A stretch of 44,940 nucleotides of DNA from a virus. Its lineage: Duplodnaviria; Heunggongvirae; Uroviricota; Caudoviricetes. Shown in pieces: positions 1-8,125 of this stretch. The stretch covers positions 125,995 through 170,934 of IMG/VR virus record IMGVR_UViG_3300033463_000016; one strand, given 5' to 3'. Numbering within the stretch: the first letter of the stretch is position 1; the number at the start of each line of letters is the position of its first letter. The notes under the pieces are model-generated. The model was not told the origin of the DNA. It worked only from the letters and a program-made list of their open reading frames with translations, and did no database searches. A program made the translations under genes and the position numbers.

Positions 1-217
1 GATGATTTACTGCTGCCGCCGTCATAATGTGGAACCGTCCCCGCCTTGCCATACCGGGCTGCCGGTACAATTCAACGCCATAAAAACGACACTGAGCTTG
101 ACTATAAAAGACTTGATATACCCGGCTATATGTCACTATATACCGATCGGATTCGTAAATATCCCGGACTTGTGATTCTGTCAATTCAACATTGCCGATT
201 CTGCAAATATTCATCAT
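1..217 (-). CDS. Small hypothetical protein, partial (runs off the window edge), MMNICRIGNVELTESQVRDIYESDRYIVTYSRVYQVFY...
   Basis: Hand translation. ATG at 217 overlaps the upstream stop (ATGA) and follows GGAGGAGGT. Open to position 1, so it is absent from the ORF track. Confidence 0.75.
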   Translation of the reverse strand, partial: MMNICRIGNVELTESQVRDIYESDRYIVTYSRVYQVFYSQAQCRFYGVELYRQPGMARRGRFHIMTAAAVNH

Positions 218-390
218 CTTACTACCTCCTCCAGAAAACCATTTTTTGATAAACAATTTGCAAGGTACATTTCAAACGTGATCCCGCCGTATGTGTCCGG
301 ATCGTCGGCTTGCATTTCTGAAAATGATTCTTGCAAATCTGCATAGGTGTACAAAATACCATCTTCAATATCAATATAATATTTTGTCAT
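214..390 (-). CDS. Small acidic hypothetical protein (58 aa)
   Basis: ORF track 214..414; start moved to the ATG at 390 behind a GGGAGG RBS. Confidence 0.75.
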   Translation of the reverse strand: MTKYYIDIEDGILYTYADLQESFSEMQADDPDTYGGITFEMYLANCLSKNGFLEEVVR

Positions 391-410
391 TGTAATTGCC
401 TCCCTTGCTA

Positions 411-779
411 TCACATAAAAGATATATCGGATTTGGTCACTTCAACCATTATCGACTCCTGATTCAGTGCATACTTGAGATCAAAAACCATCGCCGCTAA
501 TTTATTGTAGTGATCCCCCGCTGCATTCTGCATATCGGTATTATAATCATCCCGGAGATCGTCATCGGTTGCAATTTCAACACGGATTGAAGGCTCATTT
601 ACGATATTGCCGGTACTGCTCATCTTGTAATAGCCGTTACACTCGATCATAGTAAAAGCAAAAATTTTATATAAATTCAAGAGAATTTCGGATATAATGG
701 TTTTTGCTTTATCGGTTGCAATAATCTGTTTTTCTGAATCTTTATCGAACAGTCCTATTGTTAATGTTGTTTTAGTCAT
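411..779 (-). CDS. Hypothetical protein (122 aa), first gene of the leftward operon
   Basis: ORF track 411..806; start moved to the ATG at 779 behind GGAGGT. Sigma-A promoter lies just upstream. Confidence 0.8.
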   Translation of the reverse strand: MTKTTLTIGLFDKDSEKQIIATDKAKTIISEILLNLYKIFAFTMIECNGYYKMSSTGNIVNEPSIRVEIATDDDLRDDYNTDMQNAAGDHYNKLAAMVFDLKYALNQESIMVEVTKSDISFM

Positions 780-833
780 CTTGAATACCTCCGATTCACT
801 AATCATTTTGATTTATTTCTTGATTGCACCATT

Positions 834-862
834 ACAATATCACATACTTTTGAGTATGTCAA
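834..862 (-). promoter_or_regulatory. Sigma-A promoter for the leftward genes with a palindromic operator candidate in the spacer
   Basis: Minus strand reads TTGACA-17 bp-TATTGT with a TGn extension. ACATACT-N4-AGTATGT inverted repeat at 842-859. Confidence 0.7.
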
Positions 863-1384
863 GCACTTTTTGAATGATTTTTGAAGATGTAACAATTTTG
901 TTGCAATTTGCACAATTTGAGTTTGATTTGTTTGGATATAATAACAACGGATCACGGTGTTATAATGCTAAATTAGAATTATTATGACGTGATACCAGGT
1001 GATTTTTAATGCTAATATGGAATTATAAATCGCCGGGATGACTATATCCAGATTTATATACAGTCCAGTTTATTGTACTCTGTATTATTTTAGTCCTATT
1101 TATTGTACTTTGCAACATTTGTTATTTGATTGATTTTGATTGAATTTTGATTATTTGTGATTGAATTTGATTTAATATGATTGAAAAATTTTTAATCTTT
1201 GCCGGGTTTACTAGGCAAAAAATCGAAAAAAACGAAAACCAGATGATCGGCAAAAATCACCCGGATCGGCTGCCGGATCAGTGGTACCAGAATCATCCCG
1301 GTACCGGGTGAAAATAAAATGATTTTTTTATTGCAGATTTGTAATTCTGTTTTTTGCAATAGTACAGAATTATCATCTATTTTT

Positions 1385-1453
1385 GAACATTTGTTCTACT
1401 TCTACGAACAGATGTTCGATAGGGGGTAGGTTTACATTTAGAACAGATGTTCG
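1385..1453. promoter_or_regulatory. Three Gram-positive LexA/DinR (Cheo-type) SOS boxes
   Basis: GAAC-ATTT-GTTC (1385-1396), CGAAC-AGAT-GTTCG (1405-1418) and GAAC-AGAT-GTTCG (1441-1453) match GAAC-N4-GTTC. Confidence 0.7.
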
Positions 1454-1908
1454 ATTCATATTATTGTTTTAATGAGCCTACCTCTACTCTCTCCCTAAAA
1501 ATCAAATCCCTCATTTTGCTCAATTTCCGAACACCTCCCGACAGCTTCAACACACTTCTAAAACTGTTCAGAAATAGATACTTTTTATAGTAAAATATCA
1601 TTTCCCGAAAGACTACTTTTCATCAAGTAAATGTTCAATTTCTGATACTCCATATCGTTTATTATCGAGCTACCGAAAATATACTTAAAATACCGCGATT
1701 TTCACAAGATTTTAATGCTCAAAAACAGAGCATATTTTTTTGTGATACTTATATCAAGGATCAGATATGAGCAGAAATATGATTATGGTGGTTTAGTCGA
1801 GGGAGCAAATAATCCCGTAATTTCATTCCGAAAATTTGGATTTTTGCTTCAAATCACACCCGAAATTACCTTGTTTTCACCTCAGATTTGATATGCTCCC
1901 TCTCCCCT

Positions 1909-2076
1909 TATACTATATACTTTATATACTATATAGTAATATAATACTGTAAAGTATATAGGATAAGGGTAAAGTATATAAATACTAATTAGTATTAGTG
2001 GGTTAAGTATATAATTACTATTAAGTATAAAGATGTATATAAGTTATTATCTTATATACTATTATAGTTATATACT
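1909..2076. repeat. AT-rich array of nine TATACT/AGTATA hexamers
   Basis: TATACT at 1909, 1916, 1925, 2055, 2071; AGTATA at 1953, 1973, 2006, 2024. GTAAAGTATATA is repeated exactly at 1949 and 1969. Confidence 0.75.
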
Positions 2077-2176
2077 ATATATTACATCTATATGGTGTTT
2101 TGCATTGGATTTTGTTATGTTGGTGGTAAACAAATTTTTAACAAAATGTAAATTATTCAAGAAATAGAACAAAGTG

Positions 2177-2205
2177 TTGACATCATCGTTTTTATGCTCT
2201 ACAAT
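2177..2205 (+). promoter_or_regulatory. Sigma-A promoter for the rightward genes
   Basis: TTGACA (2177-2182), 17-bp spacer, TACAAT (2200-2205). Confidence 0.75.
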
Positions 2206-2264
2206 TTAATTAGAACGTTGAAAAACACATTCGTTTACGCCATTCCGCGAAAAATTATTATAAG

Positions 2265-2600
2265 GTGGTGAGTTTAATTCAGGACATCTACTCTATTCCC
2301 AAAGATTATACCGATAGTCAATGGCAAGCGGATTTTCGTATTCTGAAAGAACATAATGTTCCTTCTTCCCTTTCGCGTATTCCGCTTACTTCTGAGCGAG
2401 TATCTATTTATGAGGCGTATCACGGTATGACTCAATATCAGTGTTATTGCAGATTCATAAACGATATTCTTTCGGAAATCCGGAGAGGTGAGGTTGACTA
2501 TTGTTACTTCATATATCAAATTGCGGAACTTTTGAAATATGAACCTAATCTTAAATCAGTGTGGGATCGTGAGTTCTGTTGTTTTAAGGTTTGGTTGTAA
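2265..2600 (+). CDS. Hypothetical protein (about 110 aa; exact start uncertain)
   Basis: ORF directly downstream of the promoter. The RBS-like AAGGTGGTGA overlaps the GTG codons, so the true start may lie slightly downstream. Confidence 0.7.
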   Translation: MVSLIQDIYSIPKDYTDSQWQADFRILKEHNVPSSLSRIPLTSERVSIYEAYHGMTQYQCYCRFINDILSEIRRGEVDYCYFIYQIAELLKYEPNLKSVWDREFCCFKVWL

Positions 2601-2609
2601 GGAGAATCT

Positions 2610-3188
2610 ATGAGAAAACATACCGCTAAACGAAAACCAAATAAGATTTACATAGATGGTCAAGGGTTTGTTGTATCTGGAAAGCACTTTTATGTAGCGA
2701 AAAGAAACGCGGGCGCCAAGCTGGTTATCGCCGGTTTCGTGTACTTTGTTATTCTTATCATCATAATTGTTTTTCTTTTCAAGAGCTGCGGTACATTCAC
2801 CAACATTGTCAATTCAACGCCTGATGAAAATGCGGTGATCTGGGACGGAGAGCAATTCATTTCAAATCCAAATGTAAATACCGCCACCGGTTCTTACATT
2901 CCCGGATTTAACGTCCTCAATCTTGTTTCAAATTCCAAACATCAAAAGGTTAATTTCTATAATCCAAAGGAAAATACTTGTCTATTCAAAATGTTGTTGT
3001 TTGTTGACAATAATCTTGTTTGGCGATCGGATTATATTAATCCTGGATATGGATTCTATGAGATTGATCTTATGAGGGAGTTTTCACCGCAAGAAACCAC
3101 AGGTATATTGAAGGTTGAGTGTTACACCGCCGATCAACAGCGGTTGACCAAATCTGTAAATATAAGAATGGACGTTATTATCGTCTAA
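2610..3188 (+). CDS. Membrane-anchored protein with an extracellular beta-rich domain
   Basis: AAGGAG RBS. Hydrophobic helix LVIAGFVYFVILIIIIVFLF, then a domain (IPGF...VNFYNPKENTCLF...INPG...ECYT) resembling, from recall, accessory proteins of Clostridial surface-protein clusters. Confidence 0.65.
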   Translation: MRKHTAKRKPNKIYIDGQGFVVSGKHFYVAKRNAGAKLVIAGFVYFVILIIIIVFLFKSCGTFTNIVNSTPDENAVIWDGEQFISNPNVNTATGSYIPGFNVLNLVSNSKHQKVNFYNPKENTCLFKMLLFVDNNLVWRSDYINPGYGFYEIDLMREFSPQETTGILKVECYTADQQRLTKSVNIRMDVIIV

Positions 3189-3225
3189 ACTATCAAAAAC
3201 TATAAAGCAAAGGAGGAGAGGGAAC

Positions 3226-3756
3226 TTGAAGAAAATTATTTCCCTTGTTCTTGCCGTAACCTTGTTCGTTGCTGTTGGCATTGTTACGGCTAATGCGGAT
3301 GTAACATCTCTTGACGACACAAATTCATCCGCATATTCAACAGTCACTTTTACGCAGCCAAGTACATACTGTATCTTTATCCCGGACGTTATTGACCTTG
3401 ACTCTCAATTTTGTATTTCAGGTACGGTTAATATTATGGACTACGAGAAGTTATGCGTTACGATAACAAATCTTGATGAGAATAACGCACTGACTTTCAC
3501 GCACCAGGATGGGGTTACTACATTGAAGCGTGCTATTACTTCATATCTGGACACAGAATATAGTATTACGCTGCAAGACCTTGGGCTGCCGAGCAATTGT
3601 GTTGGATATTTTCAAAAAGGTGATTATATGTCAGAGGTTGTTTTCGGACTTGCTGACGAGTACACCGAACTAACAACAGTATCCGGACTTGGCGAACCGC
3701 CCGCCGGAGCGTACTACTCGACGATCGAATTTGAAGTTACAATGCAGGGCAACTAA
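3226..3756 (+). CDS. Secreted or surface protein with a signal peptide (fimbrial/WxL-like architecture)
   Basis: Sec signal MKKIISLVLAVTLFVAVGIVTANA. YCIFIP near the N-terminus and GAYYSTIEFEV at the C-terminus resemble beta-strand surface subunits. Confidence 0.6.
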   Translation: MKKIISLVLAVTLFVAVGIVTANADVTSLDDTNSSAYSTVTFTQPSTYCIFIPDVIDLDSQFCISGTVNIMDYEKLCVTITNLDENNALTFTHQDGVTTLKRAITSYLDTEYSITLQDLGLPSNCVGYFQKGDYMSEVVFGLADEYTELTTVSGLGEPPAGAYYSTIEFEVTMQGN

Positions 3757-3773
3757 GATAGGATCATCACCAT

Positions 3774-6587
3774 TTGGAACAGAAAAGTTGCCATCGTCTT
3801 GTCTACAAAATCGACAGTTCGGTGTTAAAGAGGGCGAATTGGAAGCTCAACCTGCCACTTCAAACCGCTATGAGAACTTGCCCCGATGTTATTGTTGCTC
3901 TGAATGACAGTCAGTGCCTCAGATTCATTGACGAGATTAACAATGTCATAGATGTAAGCAATAAAGTTCGAGCTATCCAACATAAAATCAAAAAATTAAA
4001 AAAGAGAACCAAGAGCAGAGAAAACCTAAAACTAATCAATTGCTATTATGAAACTCTCTATGAGTTACAATTCCAACGAGATTACGTTAGCGTGGTTATG
4101 AGCAGTAAAGAAGATTATGACCGCGCCAATCAGGGATTCTCTATTAACTATGGTTTAATTAACGGCAAAGAATGTATAGTTCATTATCGTAGGTTTTTAG
4201 GAACGAATGGCGGTATTAAAAAATCTACCATTGTCTATGTCAACGAACAGATTTATCCTGAGCTGAAACGTCGATTGGACAATGGTAGAAATTTGGAGTG
4301 CGAATTTGTTCCCGCAAAATTAGAAGCCTACCAAGGATTGATATGCTCTGGCTCGATTCCTCTCCCCTCTCCGCGTGGCGTAGTTGTTGTAAAAGACTGC
4401 ATCACACATTTTAAGGAAGATGTGATCTTAATCGACGATAGTGGTGAGGGCGAGCCGAAACTTACATATGAGGATGGTTATGAGATAGAACATAACGACT
4501 CTGATGGATATGGGTTGATGTCGCCGGAATACTCACGAATCGTAAACCAATATCTGAGTGGTGTGGACAAACCTATTGCCGGGATGAATGTCCGTTCCGC
4601 ATTTACCAAGGGTATGCTTTACACGTTTGATTTCATTGAGTTTGCCGAACAAGTAGCGCATACTTTTGAGATCACTGATATTTGGGGAGAGCGGCACGAT
4701 ATTCGAGGCATTGATGTTATTCTGACAGAATCGATGCTCAAACTTTGGTCGAGTTATGATAGTTGGGATGATTATTACGAGAATTGCCGTAGGAATCACT
4801 ATCATCTTTCTGCTACGAAAACTACACCTGATGAACTTGAAGCCGTGCGAGATACTAATTATCAGTTCTTGCAATCGTATGAGTTCACAGACGAGGAACT
4901 ATATAATCTTTGCTTGCCGACCATTAAAGAGATAAAAGATGTAATAGGATTGGATTACCGCAAGAGTCTTGCATTTTTGGCGGGATTCGGTCTTACAGAG
5001 GAAACCGCTTTCAGTAATAGCCTTAATTCATACATCAAGGCTCTAATGGTTGAACCAAAACTTATTAATGACCCATTTATTCGCAAAAAAATCTATCATA
5101 TGATTCGTAAGCGAATAGAAATGGGTGAGCGTGGTGCAATCCGTATCAACGCTAATTTCGCTATGATTAGTGGCGATCCTTACGCTTTGTGTCAATCAAT
5201 TTTCAATTTGCCCGTTACGGGTTTATTAAAAGCCGGAGAGGTCTATCACAAATATTGGATCGATAAAGGTTCAAAGGAAATTGCGTGCTTCCGCGCACCG
5301 ATGACCTGTCATAATAATATCAGACGAATGAAACTGTCTGATTCTTCGGACGCCGCATATTGGTATCGTTACATCGATACAGCTCTTATCTATAACGCTT
5401 GGGATAGCTCTTGTGAAGCTATGAACGGCGCCGATAAGGACGGCGACACAAATATGTGTACTGACGATCCGATTATTGTTCAGAATACTAAGCCGTTGCG
5501 AACAATTATTTGTTTGCAAAAGAATGCTGCTAAGATAATTCCAGATGAGGCGTCAATCGTCGAATCTAATAAATTAGCTTTCAATGACGAGATCGGAGAA
5601 GTAACCAATAGAGTTACAAGTATGATTTGTATTGCCGATGGATTTCCAAAGGATTCTGAGGAATACAAAATCTTGCAATACCGTATTATGTGCGGTCAGT
5701 TATTTCAGCAGAATACCATCGATCGAGCAAAAGGTATCATATCCAAGTCTATGCCGACGAGTTGGTATTCTTTGAGGGATAATCACGTTGAGGATAACGA
5801 TGACGAGTCTGTTGCGGAAGAAAAGAAACTAAATCAAAGAATTGCGGCATATCGCAAGCCATACTTTATGACGTATGTTTATCCGAAATTAAGATCGGAG
5901 AACAATACCTATATAAAGAACAGTTCTTTTGGCGCAATTCGTAGATTTAATAAATACGGAATCAATAGTATTGGAGATTTGATAGACTATCCCGATCCTA
6001 CGCCGGAGATGGTTGACTTTATTGACTATTACAATAAACTGACTCCTGTTGATAATAACAGATGTGTAGTGAATCGTATTTCGTGGCTGTTTGAGGATGA
6101 ATTTAAGACGTTCATATCAAACTACTCAAAATTGGTCAGAGAATCCGGATTAAATGTTTTTGATTATAGGATGCTGAAATCCGGCGTCGAGTATAGCCAA
6201 TTCCAATACAATAAGATCAGTGATATTTATAAGGAATATCAACTTAGGATAAAAGAATATCAAAGAGAACTTCGTACAAAGAAGATAGAGAAGTTTGAAA
6301 ATATCGAACAGCATATGATTCTCGTAGATTTCTTCAAGCGTCAATGTGCAGAGATTTGTCCTAACGAGCGGGAATTATGTGATATTCTTTTGGATATGTG
6401 TTATAAAGCGGAGAACTCAAAGCAGTTCGTATGGGATATGTGCGGAGATGCTATTATCGAGAATCTGTTAGATAAGCACAAGAGAAAAATAACATATCCG
6501 CAATTAGTTACCGATGATGGTGACTTTGAATATTGTGGCAAACAATTCAAAATGTGCGAAATGCGAATCGAGGTGATTAACGAATGA
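3774..6587 (+). CDS. yonO: YonO-like single-subunit DNA-dependent RNA polymerase (cellular RdRP-related)
   Basis: 937 aa. Catalytic DxDGD motif in AMNGADKDGD (5433-5447), upstream CFRAP (RxP) motif, and SPbeta-like position ahead of HU and head genes. Confidence 0.85.
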   Translation: MEQKSCHRLVYKIDSSVLKRANWKLNLPLQTAMRTCPDVIVALNDSQCLRFIDEINNVIDVSNKVRAIQHKIKKLKKRTKSRENLKLINCYYETLYELQFQRDYVSVVMSSKEDYDRANQGFSINYGLINGKECIVHYRRFLGTNGGIKKSTIVYVNEQIYPELKRRLDNGRNLECEFVPAKLEAYQGLICSGSIPLPSPRGVVVVKDCITHFKEDVILIDDSGEGEPKLTYEDGYEIEHNDSDGYGLMSPEYSRIVNQYLSGVDKPIAGMNVRSAFTKGMLYTFDFIEFAEQVAHTFEITDIWGERHDIRGIDVILTESMLKLWSSYDSWDDYYENCRRNHYHLSATKTTPDELEAVRDTNYQFLQSYEFTDEELYNLCLPTIKEIKDVIGLDYRKSLAFLAGFGLTEETAFSNSLNSYIKALMVEPKLINDPFIRKKIYHMIRKRIEMGERGAIRINANFAMISGDPYALCQSIFNLPVTGLLKAGEVYHKYWIDKGSKEIACFRAPMTCHNNIRRMKLSDSSDAAYWYRYIDTALIYNAWDSSCEAMNGADKDGDTNMCTDDPIIVQNTKPLRTIICLQKNAAKIIPDEASIVESNKLAFNDEIGEVTNRVTSMICIADGFPKDSEEYKILQYRIMCGQLFQQNTIDRAKGIISKSMPTSWYSLRDNHVEDNDDESVAEEKKLNQRIAAYRKPYFMTYVYPKLRSENNTYIKNSSFGAIRRFNKYGINSIGDLIDYPDPTPEMVDFIDYYNKLTPVDNNRCVVNRISWLFEDEFKTFISNYSKLVRESGLNVFDYRMLKSGVEYSQFQYNKISDIYKEYQLRIKEYQRELRTKKIEKFENIEQHMILVDFFKRQCAEICPNERELCDILLDMCYKAENSKQFVWDMCGDAIIENLLDKHKRKITYPQLVTDDGDFEYCGKQFKMCEMRIEVINE

Positions 6588-7465
6588 TTATCTTGAATGA
6601 GCTTGAATGTGCCGAGAATTGTTTGAAGAACGGAATACTTGAAAATGATCCATATTTAACACTATCTATTTTAGCAAAATACTATTACCACCACTTGGGC
6701 TATCGCAAAAAGAAGATCGCACGGTTGCTGATCGAGTTTTTGTCAAAATTCTATTCAAGATATGAAATGAACGAAATGTCTTGGGAGGCGAGTGCCGAAA
6801 AACTGGCGGCTAACGCCGGTAAGTATCCATTGTTTGAAATCGTTGGTGTTAAAATATCAAAAGCAGAGATGCAAACCATAACCGATCTGAATAATAAGGT
6901 TTTGGAACGTCTTGCATTTACAATGCTTTGTTTAGCCAAACTCGCCAATATCAAGAATCCAGAAAATAACGGTTGGGTTAATGCTGAATCAAAAGATATT
7001 TTTAAGTATGCGAGAATATCATCAACAATAATTGAGAGAGAGAAGAAAATCGGAAAACTCTGGCAGTTGGGGTTATTGGAGTTTTCAAAGAGAAATGATA
7101 ATCTGAATTGTAGGGTCACATTTATTTCTGACGAGGATGAGGAAGTTCTATTCATATCAGACTTTCGTGAGCTGGGGTATGAATATTTACTATATAAGGG
7201 AGAAAATTTCATTCGTTGTGCCGAATGCGGCATTTTGACTCGCGGCAATAAGGCTGGCACGAAAAAGTATTGTAAAGACTGTGCTGCTTATACACCACAG
7301 GAAACCAAAACGGTTGTTTGTGTAGATTGCGGTAAAGAATTCAAAGTTGACTCGAAAAACAATCACACTTGTCGTTGTACACAATGTCAAAGCAAAAGAA
7401 ATCTTGAATTAAATCGTATTTCTTCACGGAATCGTATGAAAAAATACAGATCAGCGCAAGAATAA
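6584..7465 (+). CDS. Hypothetical protein with C-terminal zinc-finger repeats, translationally coupled to the RNAP
   Basis: ATGA overlap with the RNAP stop. CAEC..CKDC and CVDC..CTQC cysteine pairs. Confidence 0.75.
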   Translation: MIILNELECAENCLKNGILENDPYLTLSILAKYYYHHLGYRKKKIARLLIEFLSKFYSRYEMNEMSWEASAEKLAANAGKYPLFEIVGVKISKAEMQTITDLNNKVLERLAFTMLCLAKLANIKNPENNGWVNAESKDIFKYARISSTIIEREKKIGKLWQLGLLEFSKRNDNLNCRVTFISDEDEEVLFISDFRELGYEYLLYKGENFIRCAECGILTRGNKAGTKKYCKDCAAYTPQETKTVVCVDCGKEFKVDSKNNHTCRCTQCQSKRNLELNRISSRNRMKKYRSAQE

Positions 7466-7511
7466 CGCTTATGTTACGGTTATCAATTTTGAGATAAAAG
7501 AAAAAAGAAAA

Positions 7512-7570
7512 ACACAATATATAGTAAAAGTCCACTGTTTAAGCCATTTTTGAGCCACTATATATTGTGT
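7512..7570. repeat. Perfect 14-bp inverted repeat upstream of the tRNA cluster
   Basis: ACACAATATATAGT (7512-7525) and ACTATATATTGTGT (7557-7570). Confidence 0.8.
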
Positions 7571-7702
7571 ATAAAAATTTTCAAAATTTCGTTAAATGAA
7601 GGGAATATACCCTTTACTCTCATTTCTTTACTTTCTCTTTCTCTTGAAGCACCAGCTCGGCAATAGTTGGGCTGGTGCAAATCCCCTTACTTATGATAAT
7701 TA

Positions 7703-7779
7703 GGGAGCGTGGTCAAGAGGGTCAAGACACCGCCCTTTCAAGGCGGTAACGCTGGGTTCAAATCCCGCCGCTCCTACCA
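7703..7779 (+). tRNA. trnE: tRNA-Glu(TTC)
   Basis: Cloverleaf; anticodon arm CCGCC-CTTTCAA-GGCGG; G1.U72; encoded CCA. Confidence 0.93.
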
Positions 7780-7786
7780 GATATAA

Positions 7787-7863
7787 GCGGATATGGTGTT
7801 CAACGGTTAGCACGTTGGCTTGCCAAGTCAAAAGTACGAGTTCAAATCTCGTTATTCGCTCCA
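7787..7863 (+). tRNA. trnG: tRNA-Gly(GCC)
   Basis: Anticodon arm TTGGC-TTGCCAA-GTCAA; U73 discriminator; CCA. Confidence 0.92.
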
Positions 7864-7937
7864 TATAAGACACGCACAGCAATTTATTTAGAACAATTTT
7901 GCAGTTTAAAATTATTCGAGGGTGTCTTGATTTTTAT

Positions 7938-8014
7938 TGCGGGATGGAGCAGATGGTCAGCTCGACTGCCTCATAAGCAGTAGGTCGTGGGTTCGAGTCC
8001 CACTCCCGCAACCA
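7938..8014 (+). tRNA. trnM: tRNA-Met(CAT) with an initiator-like body
   Basis: Anticodon arm ACTGC-CTCATAA-GCAGT; acceptor TGCGGGA/TCCCGCA; A73; CCA. Confidence 0.9.
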
Positions 8015-8037
8015 ATTCATAATAGTTTAATCAATAT

Positions 8038-8122
8038 GGGAGAATCGTATAGCGGCAATTACGGCAGACTGTAAATCTGTTCCCGCAAGGGTTCGATGGT
8101 TCGAGTCCATCTTCTCCCACCA
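8038..8122 (+). tRNA. trnY: tRNA-Tyr(GTA)
   Basis: Anticodon arm GCAGA-CTGTAAA-TCTGT; long variable arm; CCA. Confidence 0.93.
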
Positions 8123-8125
8123 TAT

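Noticed and set aside
46-249. 67-aa plus-strand ORF
   Set aside because: It is antisense to RBS-supported minus-strand genes and has no RBS of its own.
7899-7905. TTGCAGT as a tRNA-Cys anticodon loop
   Set aside because: The flanks do not form an anticodon stem in that register, and there is no T arm or CCA.
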